Shown in pieces: positions 29,613 through 38,672 of a DNA stretch of 64,000 bases. The notes beneath the pieces are model-generated. The model was not told the DNA's origin, made no database searches, and worked only from the letters and a program-made list of their open reading frames with translations. Source of the stretch: Candidatus Eiseniibacteriota bacterium (lineage in GTDB: Bacteria; Eisenbacteria; RBG-16-71-46); NCBI GenBank assembly GCA_016215625.1, contig JACRIW010000058.1:32252-96251 (forward strand), read 5' to 3'. Position 1 is the first letter of the stretch; the number at the start of each line of letters is the position of its first letter. The position numbers were made by a program, and so were the translations under genes.

Positions 29613-30989
29613 TTGAACGAGACGCCGGTCCGCATCCTGGTCGCCGACGACGATCCCGACGTGCTCGCCGCGCTGCGCATGCTGCTGCGCGGCGAGGGCT
29701 TCGCGGTCGAGACCGCGACCAGTCCCGCGCTCGTGCTGCACGCGGTCGAGCAGAAGGACTTCGCGCTCGCGCTGCTCGACATGAACTACGCGCGCGACAC
29801 GACGAGCGGCGGGGAGGGACTCGACCTCATCGAACGGTTGCGCGCCCTCGATCCCGCGATGCCGGTCGTCGTGATGACGGCGTGGGGCAGCGTGGACGGC
29901 GCGGTCGCCGCGGTGCGCCGCGGCGCGCGCGATTACGTGCAGAAGCCGTGGGACAACGACCGGCTCCTGCAGACGCTGCGCACGCAGGTGGAACTCGCGG
30001 CCGCGCTGCGGCGGGGCGCGCGGCTCGAGCAGGAGAACCGGCTGCTGCGGCGCGACGGCGTGCCCGAGATCGTGTGCGAGTCCGCGGCGATGCGCGCCGC
30101 GCTCGACCTCGCGCAGCGCGTCGCACCGAGTGAGGCCGCCGTGCTGATCACGGGCGAACACGGCACGGGCAAGGAGACGTTCGCCCGGCTCGTGCACGCG
30201 CTCGGCGCCCGGGCGCACCGGCCGTTCGTGGCCGTGCACGCGGGCGGGCTTTCCGACGCGGCGTTCGAGAGCGAGCTGTTCGGCCACGAGAAGGGCGCTT
30301 TTCCCGGCGCGACGAGCGAGCGCGCGGGCCGCTTCGAACTGGCCGACGGGGGCACGTTGTTCCTCGACGATCTCTCGGGCGTCACGCCGGCGCAGCAGGC
30401 GAAGCTGCTGCGCGTGCTCGAGAGCGGCGAGTGCGAGCGGCTCGGCTCGTCGCGCGTGCGCGCCGTGCACGTGCGCGTCGTCGCGGCCTCGAGCACCGAC
30501 CTCCACGCCGAGTGCGCGGCGGGCCGATTCCGCGAGGACCTGCTCTTCCGCCTCAAGACGGTCGAGATCGCGCTGCCGCCGCTGCGCGAACGTCCGGAGG
30601 ACGTGCCCGCGCTCGCGGCCTTCTTCCTGCACCGCCACGCGAAGCGCTACCGCAAGAGCGTCACGTCGTTCGCGCCGGCCGCGCTCCAGGCGCTGCTCGC
30701 GCACCCCTGGCCGGGCAACGTGCGCGAACTCGATCACGCGGTCGAGCGCGCCGTGCTGCTCGCGCGAGACGCGGAACTGGGCACGGAAGATCTCGGCCTG
30801 CGCGCTCCGGCCGACGGCGCGCCGCCGCTCGAGAAGCTCACGCTCGACGAGGCCGAGCGGCTGCTCATCCAGCGCGCGCTCGCCCGTCACGACGGCAACG
30901 TCAGCCTCGCGGCCCGCGCGCTCGGCCTGTCGCGCAGCGCGCTCTACCGGCGGCTCGAACGTCACGGGATCCGGGCCGCCGGATCGTGA
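29613..30989 (+). CDS. NtrC-family response regulator (REC-AAA+-Fis HTH), atypical GAFPGA
   Basis: REC (ILVADDD, LLDMNY, KPW), Walker A GEHGTGKE, ESELFGHEKGAFPGA, WPGNVREL and a C-terminal HTH. The TTG start after GGGAG is uncertain. Confidence 0.92.
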   Translation: MNETPVRILVADDDPDVLAALRMLLRGEGFAVETATSPALVLHAVEQKDFALALLDMNYARDTTSGGEGLDLIERLRALDPAMPVVVMTAWGSVDGAVAAVRRGARDYVQKPWDNDRLLQTLRTQVELAAALRRGARLEQENRLLRRDGVPEIVCESAAMRAALDLAQRVAPSEAAVLITGEHGTGKETFARLVHALGARAHRPFVAVHAGGLSDAAFESELFGHEKGAFPGATSERAGRFELADGGTLFLDDLSGVTPAQQAKLLRVLESGECERLGSSRVRAVHVRVVAASSTDLHAECAAGRFREDLLFRLKTVEIALPPLRERPEDVPALAAFFLHRHAKRYRKSVTSFAPAALQALLAHPWPGNVRELDHAVERAVLLARDAELGTEDLGLRAPADGAPPLEKLTLDEAERLLIQRALARHDGNVSLAARALGLSRSALYRRLERHGIRAAGS

Positions 30990-32341
30990 GCGTGGGACGC
31001 CCGAAGAAGCCGCGGCTCTCGTACGACGCGCGGGTCACCTGGCTCGCCTTGGCCGGCGGGGCGCCCGCGGTGGTGGTCGCGATCGTGGCGCTGTCGCGCT
31101 GGCAGGCCGACCTCGGCGTGCGCATGCTGCTCGGCGTCGCGGTGCTCGTGAGCTGGCTGCTCGGGGCGCTCGCCGTGCGCGAACGCGCGACGCGCTCGCT
31201 GCAGACGCTCGCGAACCTCGTCGCCGCCGTGCGCGAGGGGGACACGAGCATCCGCGCCCGCGGCGCGGACCCGTTCGATTCGCTCGGGCTCGCGTACTTC
31301 GAGGTGAACGCCCTCGCCGAGCAGGGCCGCCAGCGGCGCTACGAGGCGTTCGAGGCGGCTTCGCTCCTGCGCCAGGTGATGGAGTCGATCGACGTGGCGC
31401 TGTTCGCGTTCGACCCTTCCGGCAAGCTGCGCGTGGTGAACCGCGTGGGCGAGGAGTGGCTCGCGACACCGGCCGAGCGCGCGCTCGGTCGCTCGGCGGT
31501 CTCGCTCGGCGTGTCGGGCGCGCTCGCGGGCGAGGCCCCGCGAATCGCCGACCTCGCGCTGGGCGGGCGCTCGGGCCGGTTCGAGATCCGGCGCGGCGTC
31601 TACCGGCACGAGGGGCGCCCGCACGACCTGCTCGTCGTGTCCGATCTCGGACGCACGCTGCGCGACGAGGAGCGCCTCGCGTGGCAGCGGCTGATCCGCG
31701 TGCTGAGCCACGAGATCAACAACTCGCTCGCGCCGATCCAGTCGCTCGCGGGCAGCCTGCAGTCCGGCATCGAACGATCCGGGGCCGCGGCGTCGGAAGC
31801 CGACCTGCGCGAAGGACTCGCGGTGATCGAGGCGCGCGCCCGCTCGCTCGCGCGCTTCCTGCACGCCTACGCGCAGCTCGCACGCCTGCCTGCTCCGCGC
31901 CCGGGCGCCGTGGACGTGGGCGAGTGGGTGCGGCGCACGGCGGCGCTCGAGTCGCGCCTCGCCGTGCACGTGCATCCCGGCGAGAGCGTCACGCTGCAGG
32001 CGGACGGCGACCAGCTCGACCAGCTGCTCATCAATCTCGTGCGCAACGCCGCCGACGCCGCAAGCGAGACCGGCGGCGCAGTGTCGATCGGCTGGCGCGC
32101 GAACGACACGGGCCTCGTGCTCGAGGTGGTGGACGACGGCCCGGGCATCACCGACGGCGCGAACCTGTTCGTGCCGTTCTTCACGACCAAGCCCGAGGGC
32201 AGCGGCATCGGCCTCGCCCTCGCGCGCCAGATCGCCGAGGGGCACGGCGGTGCGCTCTCGCTCGCCAATCGCGACGGCGTGCGCGGCTGCGTCGCGCGGC
32301 TGTGGCTGCCCCTGCGGCCGCGCCAGGAAGACGCGCGCTGA
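30986..32341 (+). CDS. Sensor histidine kinase (2 TM, HAMP/PAS-like, HisKA, HATPase)
   Basis: Motifs LSHEINNSL, INLVRNA, DDGPG, FVPFFTTK and GSGIGL; GTGA overlap with the regulator gene. Confidence 0.93.
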   Translation: MSVGRPKKPRLSYDARVTWLALAGGAPAVVVAIVALSRWQADLGVRMLLGVAVLVSWLLGALAVRERATRSLQTLANLVAAVREGDTSIRARGADPFDSLGLAYFEVNALAEQGRQRRYEAFEAASLLRQVMESIDVALFAFDPSGKLRVVNRVGEEWLATPAERALGRSAVSLGVSGALAGEAPRIADLALGGRSGRFEIRRGVYRHEGRPHDLLVVSDLGRTLRDEERLAWQRLIRVLSHEINNSLAPIQSLAGSLQSGIERSGAAASEADLREGLAVIEARARSLARFLHAYAQLARLPAPRPGAVDVGEWVRRTAALESRLAVHVHPGESVTLQADGDQLDQLLINLVRNAADAASETGGAVSIGWRANDTGLVLEVVDDGPGITDGANLFVPFFTTKPEGSGIGLALARQIAEGHGGALSLANRDGVRGCVARLWLPLRPRQEDAR

Positions 32342-32645
32342 CGCCAGCGCACTCGGGCCGGCGCCGACCCCGCCTGCGACGGGTGCCGCCGATTCTCCGC
32401 CGGGCGCATTGCGGCATGACGCCCGTCATACCCGGCCCGGCCGGCCGCAGGCATATTCACCGCAGAGGAGGCCCTCACCCGGTCGCTGCTCCTTCGCAGG
32501 CACAGGGAGAAATGAGGTGACCCTCCGCCAGCCGGGCCTCACCGCCGCCGCGCGAACGGCGGGTGGTGGACCTCATCGGGAGCGTCGATCTGCGCACTTG
32601 TTTCGGGGCCGACGTCGGCTCCGAGTGACGAAAGGAATGCAGGAC

Positions 32646-33719
32646 ATGAAACGACTCGTGACGTGCGTGTGGGCCGCTGCCGCGCTGCTCGCCGCGGCAC
32701 CGGCCTCCGCCCAGTGGCAGATGGTGAGCGCGGACGGCTCGACCAAGCTGAACTTCGGCGTGCTCGCCCAGATGCAGGCCGAGGAACTCCAGCCCGTGAA
32801 CACCGAGGACTGGCAGCAGAACGTGTTCGTGCGCCGCTTCCGGATCATCGTCGGCGGCAAGGTCAACGATCGGATTTCGCTCTTCGCCGACACCGACGTG
32901 CCGAACCTCGGCAAGGGGCTCTCGACGGGCAGGAAGCAGGACAACACGATGATCCTGCAGGACCTCGCGCTGACCTACACCGTGCGCTCGGAGTTCAAGG
33001 TCGACGCCGGCATGCTGCTCGTGCCGGGATCGCACAACGGCCTCCAGTCGGCGGCGACGCACCTGACGCTCGACTACGGTCCGTACTCGTTCCTGCAGGG
33101 GGACTCGACGCAGTCGAAGGTCGGGCGCGACTACGGCGTGCTCGCTCGCGGTTACCTCGGCGACCGTCATCTCGAGTACCGCGCCGGCCTGCTCCAGGGC
33201 GCGCGCGGGGCGGATGCGCGCCAGCCCTTCCGCGGCGCGTTCCGCGTGGCGTACTACCCGTTCGAGCCCGACACCGGGCTGCTCTACACGGGAACGACGC
33301 TGGGCAAGCGCCGGATCTGGTCGTTCGGCGCGGGCGGTGACGTGCAGCGCGACTACCGCACGCTGAGTGCGGACGTGTTCGTGGACCAGCCCGTCGCGGG
33401 CGGGGATGCGTTCACGATGCAGGTGTACGTCACGAAGTACGACGGCGGCGAGTGGTTCCCCGGGCTGGTCGAGCAGACGGCGATCATGGCCGAGGCCGGC
33501 TGGTACTTCCATCAGGCAAAGATCACGCCGTTCGTGCAGTACTCGAGCCGCGACTATGCGGACGCCGCGAAGGCCGACGAGAGCAAGGTGCTGGGCGGCC
33601 TGGCGTGGTGGGAGAGCGGGCACAAGTTCAACGTGAAGGCCGCCTACGCGGTGCTGACGCGCGACAAGTCCGACGACGGCAGGCAGTTCGTGCTGCAGGC
33701 GCAGGTGTTCGCGTATTAG
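32646..33719 (+). CDS. Outer-membrane porin, OprO/OprP-like beta-barrel
   Basis: Signal peptide ending ASA-Q; FVRRFRI..GG, GRDYG and amphipathic strands; aromatic C-terminus LQAQVFAY. Confidence 0.8.
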   Translation: MKRLVTCVWAAAALLAAAPASAQWQMVSADGSTKLNFGVLAQMQAEELQPVNTEDWQQNVFVRRFRIIVGGKVNDRISLFADTDVPNLGKGLSTGRKQDNTMILQDLALTYTVRSEFKVDAGMLLVPGSHNGLQSAATHLTLDYGPYSFLQGDSTQSKVGRDYGVLARGYLGDRHLEYRAGLLQGARGADARQPFRGAFRVAYYPFEPDTGLLYTGTTLGKRRIWSFGAGGDVQRDYRTLSADVFVDQPVAGGDAFTMQVYVTKYDGGEWFPGLVEQTAIMAEAGWYFHQAKITPFVQYSSRDYADAAKADESKVLGGLAWWESGHKFNVKAAYAVLTRDKSDDGRQFVLQAQVFAY

Positions 33720-33758
33720 GCCGGGAAGAGGCCGCCCTCAAGGGTGGGCGAGACGAAG

Positions 33759-33792
33759 AGGGCCGCCGCGGGGTGATGCCCGCGGCGGCCCT
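33759..33792. terminator. Hairpin between convergent genes
   Basis: AGGGCCGCCGCGGG...CCCGCGGCGGCCCT, a 14-bp stem. Confidence 0.72.
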
Positions 33793-33813
33793 TGGTTCTT
33801 CCGCGCGAGTCGC

Positions 33814-36800
33814 TCAGCGCAGCGTGACCACGCGCTGGGCGCGCGTCTCGCCGTTCCACTGCAGGCGGGCCCAGTACACGCCCGATGGCATCCGTCGCGC
33901 GTCGAGCGCGACCTCGTGCATCCCCGCCGGCAGTGCGTCGGAGTCGAGGAGCGAGGCGGCCTCGCGCCCCGCGAGGTCGTAGAGCGCGAGCTTCACGCGC
34001 CCCGGCGCGGGCAGCGTGAAACGCAGCACGCCGCGCCCACGCAGTGGTTGCGGTGCCGCTTGCAAGAGTGCCAGTCCGGCGTGCTCGGACCGCGGAGAGT
34101 CGAGCAGTTCGAGATTCCAGCTCGGGTCGACGAAGCCGGCGACGCCCGTGCGCGACTGGCCGGCGATGGTCGTGAACGCGCCCGCCACGTACAACGTGCC
34201 GTTCGCGTGCGCGAACCCGTAGACGTTCTGGCTGGCGTCCGCGATGAACGGCGAGGGCAGGCCGGAGGCGGCATCGAGCACCGCCAGCCGCGTACGCGGA
34301 TACGCGCCGTTGCCGAACGTCCCGAAGAGCCCGCCGACGAACATCAGGCCGTTGCGGAGGTCGAGCACGTTCACCGTGCCGTCCGGATCCGGATTCCACG
34401 CCGTGGCGAGTCCGGTCGCCGGGGAGAGAGCCGCGAGCCGCCGGCGGGTGGCTCCGCCGATCGTCGCGAAATCGCCGCCCGCATACACCGCACCGTTCGT
34501 GGCGAGCACGGTGTACACGGTGTTGCTCGCGTTCGGGTTCCAGGCCGAGGGCGCTCCCGTCGTGGCGTCGATCGCCGCGATACGATTGCGCGCCTGTCCG
34601 CCGACGTTCGTGAAGTTGCCGCCCACGTACACGACGCCGCCCTCCTTGGCGATCGCGAAGACGGCATTGTTCGCGTTCGGATTCCAGGCCGTGCCCGCGC
34701 CCGAGGAGAGGTCGGTCTGCGCGAGGTTGTTGCGCGCGAGGGGGCCGACGTGCGAGAACGCGCCGCCGAGCCACGCCAAGCCGTCCGCGATCTTCAGGGT
34801 GTAGACGGTGCCGTCCGGTTGCGGAGCCCACGGTGCGACGGCCGCGGTCGCGGTGTCGAACGCCGCCGCGAAGTCGCGAAACGGCGGCTCGAGCACCCAG
34901 AAGTTTCCAGCGGCGTGCACGTTCGCGCCGTGCACCGCGAGCGCGAACACCGAGCCCGTGAGACTCGGCTTCCAGGGAAGAACGCGGCCGTCCGAGTCGA
35001 GGGCCGCGAGGGCGGTGCGTTCGACCATGGGGAAGGAGCTGAAGCTGCCCGTCGCGAGCACGCGGCCACCCGAGAAGCACAGGGACTCGATGGCGCCATT
35101 GGCCGGGTGTTCGCCGCCGAGCGCGGCGCCGGCGCTCTCGTCGAGCATGCCGAAGAAGCGATGCTGGGTGCCGTTGACCGACGTGAACGCCCCGCCCGCG
35201 AGCAGCGTGTCGTGTGCGAACGTGAACGCGTGCACGGCGCCGTTGAATCCCGGCCACCACGGCAGGAGCGCTCCCGAGCCGGGAGCGAAAGCCGCCATGC
35301 CGTAGCGCATGGTGTCGTTGACCGCGGTGAACGTTCCACCCGCGTACCAGCGCCCGCCGTGCAGGAGCCACTGTTTCGGCGGGGCGTCGAAGCGCGGCGC
35401 CCAGGAAAGCGGTGTCCCGGTCGCAGCCTGCACTGCGCAGACGTTCGTGCGTGTGGATCCGCCGATGCCCGTGCACGCGCCCGCGACGAGCAGCCGGTCG
35501 CCCGCCTCCACGAGGCGCACGACGCCGAGCGGGGTGCAGCTCCAGGACTGGAGCGCGTGCGTCGAACGTTGCCAGGCTCCGACGTAGCCCGCTTGCTGCT
35601 TCTCGCCTCCGAGGTACAGGCGGGAGCCGTGCACCGCGATCGCGTGCACCGTCATGGGGGGCGAAAGCGACCACGAAGTGAGCGTGCCGCCCGTGGTCAG
35701 TTCCGCGAATCGCAGCCGCGTCGTGGCGCCGATGCTCGTGAACTGTCCGCCGACGTAGAGCTTGTCGTCGGTCGCCGCGAGCGCGCGCACTTCGCCGTTC
35801 GCGTTCGCGGTGAACGGGAGCACCGCGAAGGTCGCCGGATCGAGCGCGCAGACGCCGCCGCGCACCACGCTCGCCGCGGCGACGAACGTGCCGCCGAAGG
35901 CGACCGAGGCGCCCGAGCGTTCGATCGCGCGCACGTACGGCGCGGGCGAGACGGTCCAGGCGTCGAGTGCGCCCGTGATGGCGTTGAGGGCCGCGGCGCG
36001 GGCGCGCGAGGTGGAGGCGATCGTGGTGAAGTCCCCGCACGCGTACAGCTTGTTGCCCCAGAGCGACAACGCGTGGACCTGCGCGTCCGGCGCCACGTTC
36101 CACGTGAGCAGCGCGCCGCTCGCGAGCGAGAAGCCCGCGAGGTTCGCTCGAGGCGAACCATTCACGGCCGTGAACGAGCCGCCCAGGAAGACGTGCGTGG
36201 GGCCGACCTCGAGCGCCCGCACGATACCGGGGCCCGTGTACGTCACGTTCGCGACGAGCGTCGTGGGCGTGCCGGTCACGGCGCCGATCGCGGCGAAACT
36301 CGAACGGTTGAGGCCGCCGACGGTCGAGAAGGCGCCACCGGCATACACGACACCGTTGGCATACTGGACGGCGAGGACGGCCGGCGAGCTCGCCGACATC
36401 GTCACGACCGGAGCCCACGAGGTGAGCTGGCCGTTCGAGGCGAGCACGGAGCCGAGCGCCGTGCGCGGCTGGCCGTTGACGGTCGAGAAGTACCCTGCGA
36501 ACCACACGGTGTCCGCGTTCGCGCACACCGACGTGAGGCCGGCGTCGGGCGTGATCGTCCCGCTCCAGGGCACGAGCGCGCCCGTCGCCGCGTCGAGCGC
36601 GACGAGCGGCACGCTGAGGGCGTTCACGGTGCGCAGCGCCGAGCCCGCGACGTAAAGCCGTGAGCCGCTCCGTGCGAGCGAGAACACCGAGGCGGTCGGA
36701 AGGAGTGAGGCGTCCCATGCGGTGTCCAGCTGTCCGCCCGGAAGGAGGTGTACGAGCGAGCGCTTCGCCACACCGTCCACGGACGCGAAGCTGCCGCCCA

Positions 36801-38316
36801 CGAACCAGCCGCCCGCGCCGTCGCTCTCCATGGCCTGCACGTTTCCGTCGAACAAGGGCAGCGGTTCGGCGAGCGTCCCGAGTGAGTCCGAGAGTCCGAG
36901 GCCGCTGGCGGGCGTGGTGACCGCGGCGAATCCGCCGCCGACGTAGACGCGGCCGTGCGCGGCGAGCAGCGCGTTCACGCTGCGTCCGCAGCCGGGCGGC
37001 TGCTTCGCGGCGTGTGCCCACGTGTCGCGATCGATCGCAGCGAGTCCTTCGGCGGGCATGCCGGCGAAGGACGAGAAGGGCCCGCCCACGATCAGGTTCG
37101 GCCCCGAGACGAGCATGCTCTTCACGCGGGCGTTCGCCGAGGGCGTGCCGGTCAGCAGATCGCCGGTGCTCGCGAGGTACGCCGCGAAGTGTGAGCGTGA
37201 CGCGGCGCTCGCCAGCGTGAAGTCGCCGCCCACGTAGAGCGTGTCGCCGGAGCGCACGAGCGCGTGCACGGTGTCGTTGGGCGACGGCGCCCAGCTGGTC
37301 GGCATGCCGTCGGCGCCGACGTGCGCGAGGTTCGCGCGCGGGATGCCGTGAAGCGACGAGAACGCGCCGCCGACGAACCAGCCGCCCGCGCCGTCGGGAA
37401 CGACGGACAGCACGGCGCCCTTCACGTCGAAGTGAGGCGCGAGCGCAGCGCCTGTGGTCGTGTCCACGAAGGCGGCGCCGCCGGTGGGGGCGCCGAGGTA
37501 GGCGAGCGTGCCGGATACTCGCAGTGTTCCGTCGCCGGCGCCGATCGCCGTGATGTTGGCCCCCGGATCGGGTCCGGCGTACTCGATCGGCAGCAGTGCG
37601 CCCGTCGGGCCGTCGAATGCCGCGAGCGCGGGGCGCTGCTGCCCGGCGACAAGCCGGAACGTGCCGCCCGCGTACAGCGTGTCGCCGGCGCTCGCGAGCG
37701 CATACACGGGCGAGGTGATGCCCGAATCCCACGCGATCGGGTCGCTCGATTCGTTCTCGAACGCGAGCAGCGGGCGGCAGGGTTGTCCGTTCACCGTCGT
37801 GAAGTCGCCGCCGACGTACAGCCGTGTGCCGACGAGCGCGAGCGCGCGCACGCCGGACAGTGTGCTGGGGCCGGTGAACACCGGGGCCAGCGGTGAGAGC
37901 GAACCATCCGCGAGCACGTGCACGAGGCCCTGGCGCGTCTGCCCCTGCCACTGTGAGAAGTGCCCTCCCACGAACCAGCCACCGGCGCCGTCCGGAATCG
38001 AGGCGTACACGAGGCTGACGTTGAGCGAGGGCGCGGACACCATCCGATAGCCCGGTGCCGGATCGATGTTGCCCGGCAGGAACGTCAGCACGTTGCCCGT
38101 GACCGGGCCGACGCGGCTGAACGTGCCGCCGATGAACGTGCGCGTGCCCGTGGTGGCGACCGCCGAAACCGAGCCGTCGGTCGTGAAGACGCTGTCGAGT
38201 GGAGCCGCGGCGCGCGCGAGGGCTGGAGAGATCAGCGTGGCGAGGAACGCGAGGCAGGCCGCACCGGACGCGTGCCGGCGGACGGCCGTGAGTGGCGAGC
38301 GTGAAGTCTCGGGCAT
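33814..38316 (-). CDS. 1500-aa secreted beta-propeller repeat protein with FlgD-Ig/CTD-like tail (paralog A)
   Basis: AAGGAG SD and signal peptide; 28 repeats of about 50 aa (LYVGGxFTxxxGxxRxxLAAxDxxTG..WxP); tail LYDLAGREAASL...SGVYWARL. Confidence 0.9.
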   Translation of the reverse strand: MPETSRSPLTAVRRHASGAACLAFLATLISPALARAAAPLDSVFTTDGSVSAVATTGTRTFIGGTFSRVGPVTGNVLTFLPGNIDPAPGYRMVSAPSLNVSLVYASIPDGAGGWFVGGHFSQWQGQTRQGLVHVLADGSLSPLAPVFTGPSTLSGVRALALVGTRLYVGGDFTTVNGQPCRPLLAFENESSDPIAWDSGITSPVYALASAGDTLYAGGTFRLVAGQQRPALAAFDGPTGALLPIEYAGPDPGANITAIGAGDGTLRVSGTLAYLGAPTGGAAFVDTTTGAALAPHFDVKGAVLSVVPDGAGGWFVGGAFSSLHGIPRANLAHVGADGMPTSWAPSPNDTVHALVRSGDTLYVGGDFTLASAASRSHFAAYLASTGDLLTGTPSANARVKSMLVSGPNLIVGGPFSSFAGMPAEGLAAIDRDTWAHAAKQPPGCGRSVNALLAAHGRVYVGGGFAAVTTPASGLGLSDSLGTLAEPLPLFDGNVQAMESDGAGGWFVGGSFASVDGVAKRSLVHLLPGGQLDTAWDASLLPTASVFSLARSGSRLYVAGSALRTVNALSVPLVALDAATGALVPWSGTITPDAGLTSVCANADTVWFAGYFSTVNGQPRTALGSVLASNGQLTSWAPVVTMSASSPAVLAVQYANGVVYAGGAFSTVGGLNRSSFAAIGAVTGTPTTLVANVTYTGPGIVRALEVGPTHVFLGGSFTAVNGSPRANLAGFSLASGALLTWNVAPDAQVHALSLWGNKLYACGDFTTIASTSRARAAALNAITGALDAWTVSPAPYVRAIERSGASVAFGGTFVAAASVVRGGVCALDPATFAVLPFTANANGEVRALAATDDKLYVGGQFTSIGATTRLRFAELTTGGTLTSWSLSPPMTVHAIAVHGSRLYLGGEKQQAGYVGAWQRSTHALQSWSCTPLGVVRLVEAGDRLLVAGACTGIGGSTRTNVCAVQAATGTPLSWAPRFDAPPKQWLLHGGRWYAGGTFTAVNDTMRYGMAAFAPGSGALLPWWPGFNGAVHAFTFAHDTLLAGGAFTSVNGTQHRFFGMLDESAGAALGGEHPANGAIESLCFSGGRVLATGSFSSFPMVERTALAALDSDGRVLPWKPSLTGSVFALAVHGANVHAAGNFWVLEPPFRDFAAAFDTATAAVAPWAPQPDGTVYTLKIADGLAWLGGAFSHVGPLARNNLAQTDLSSGAGTAWNPNANNAVFAIAKEGGVVYVGGNFTNVGGQARNRIAAIDATTGAPSAWNPNASNTVYTVLATNGAVYAGGDFATIGGATRRRLAALSPATGLATAWNPDPDGTVNVLDLRNGLMFVGGLFGTFGNGAYPRTRLAVLDAASGLPSPFIADASQNVYGFAHANGTLYVAGAFTTIAGQSRTGVAGFVDPSWNLELLDSPRSEHAGLALLQAAPQPLRGRGVLRFTLPAPGRVKLALYDLAGREAASLLDSDALPAGMHEVALDARRMPSGVYWARLQWNGETRAQRVVTLR

Positions 38317-38373
38317 GGCGGCTCCTTGGGAGGCCGCCATCCGGGGGGAACTTCGGCGCGGCCGAATACGATC

Positions 38374-38382
38374 AGTGTACCA
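38374..38382 (-). promoter_or_regulatory. Candidate extended -10 promoter (TGGTACACT) for paralog A
   Basis: TGnTAnnnT match about 58 nt upstream of the start codon. Confidence 0.45.
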
Positions 38383-38672
38383 ATCGTGCGGAGCGGTGCC
38401 GAATCCCGATTGCGTGCATGCCGCCGGATGCCGGCGGGTGGCCTGACTTGCCGTCGGCGGCACGTGACGGGACTGGAGCGGTGAAGTATTCCAGTGCGGC
38501 GGCGCGGTGCTCGACCCCGGCTGCGGCTCGCCCCTCGGCGACGACCCGCTTCGCGCGCCGGTGGCGCGCTGACCGCGGCACGCGTGCGGGCGCGGCGAAG
38601 AGCACAGGGCGCCCCTGCCGGACTTCGGCGCTCCGGGGCTTTCGTGGAGCGCATCCTGTAGCATCCGCCGCC

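Noticed and set aside
32461-32594. Lysine or glycine riboswitch upstream of the porin
   Set aside because: Only the termini resemble these families. The element is too short and lacks core motifs, so it is kept only as an unassigned structured leader.
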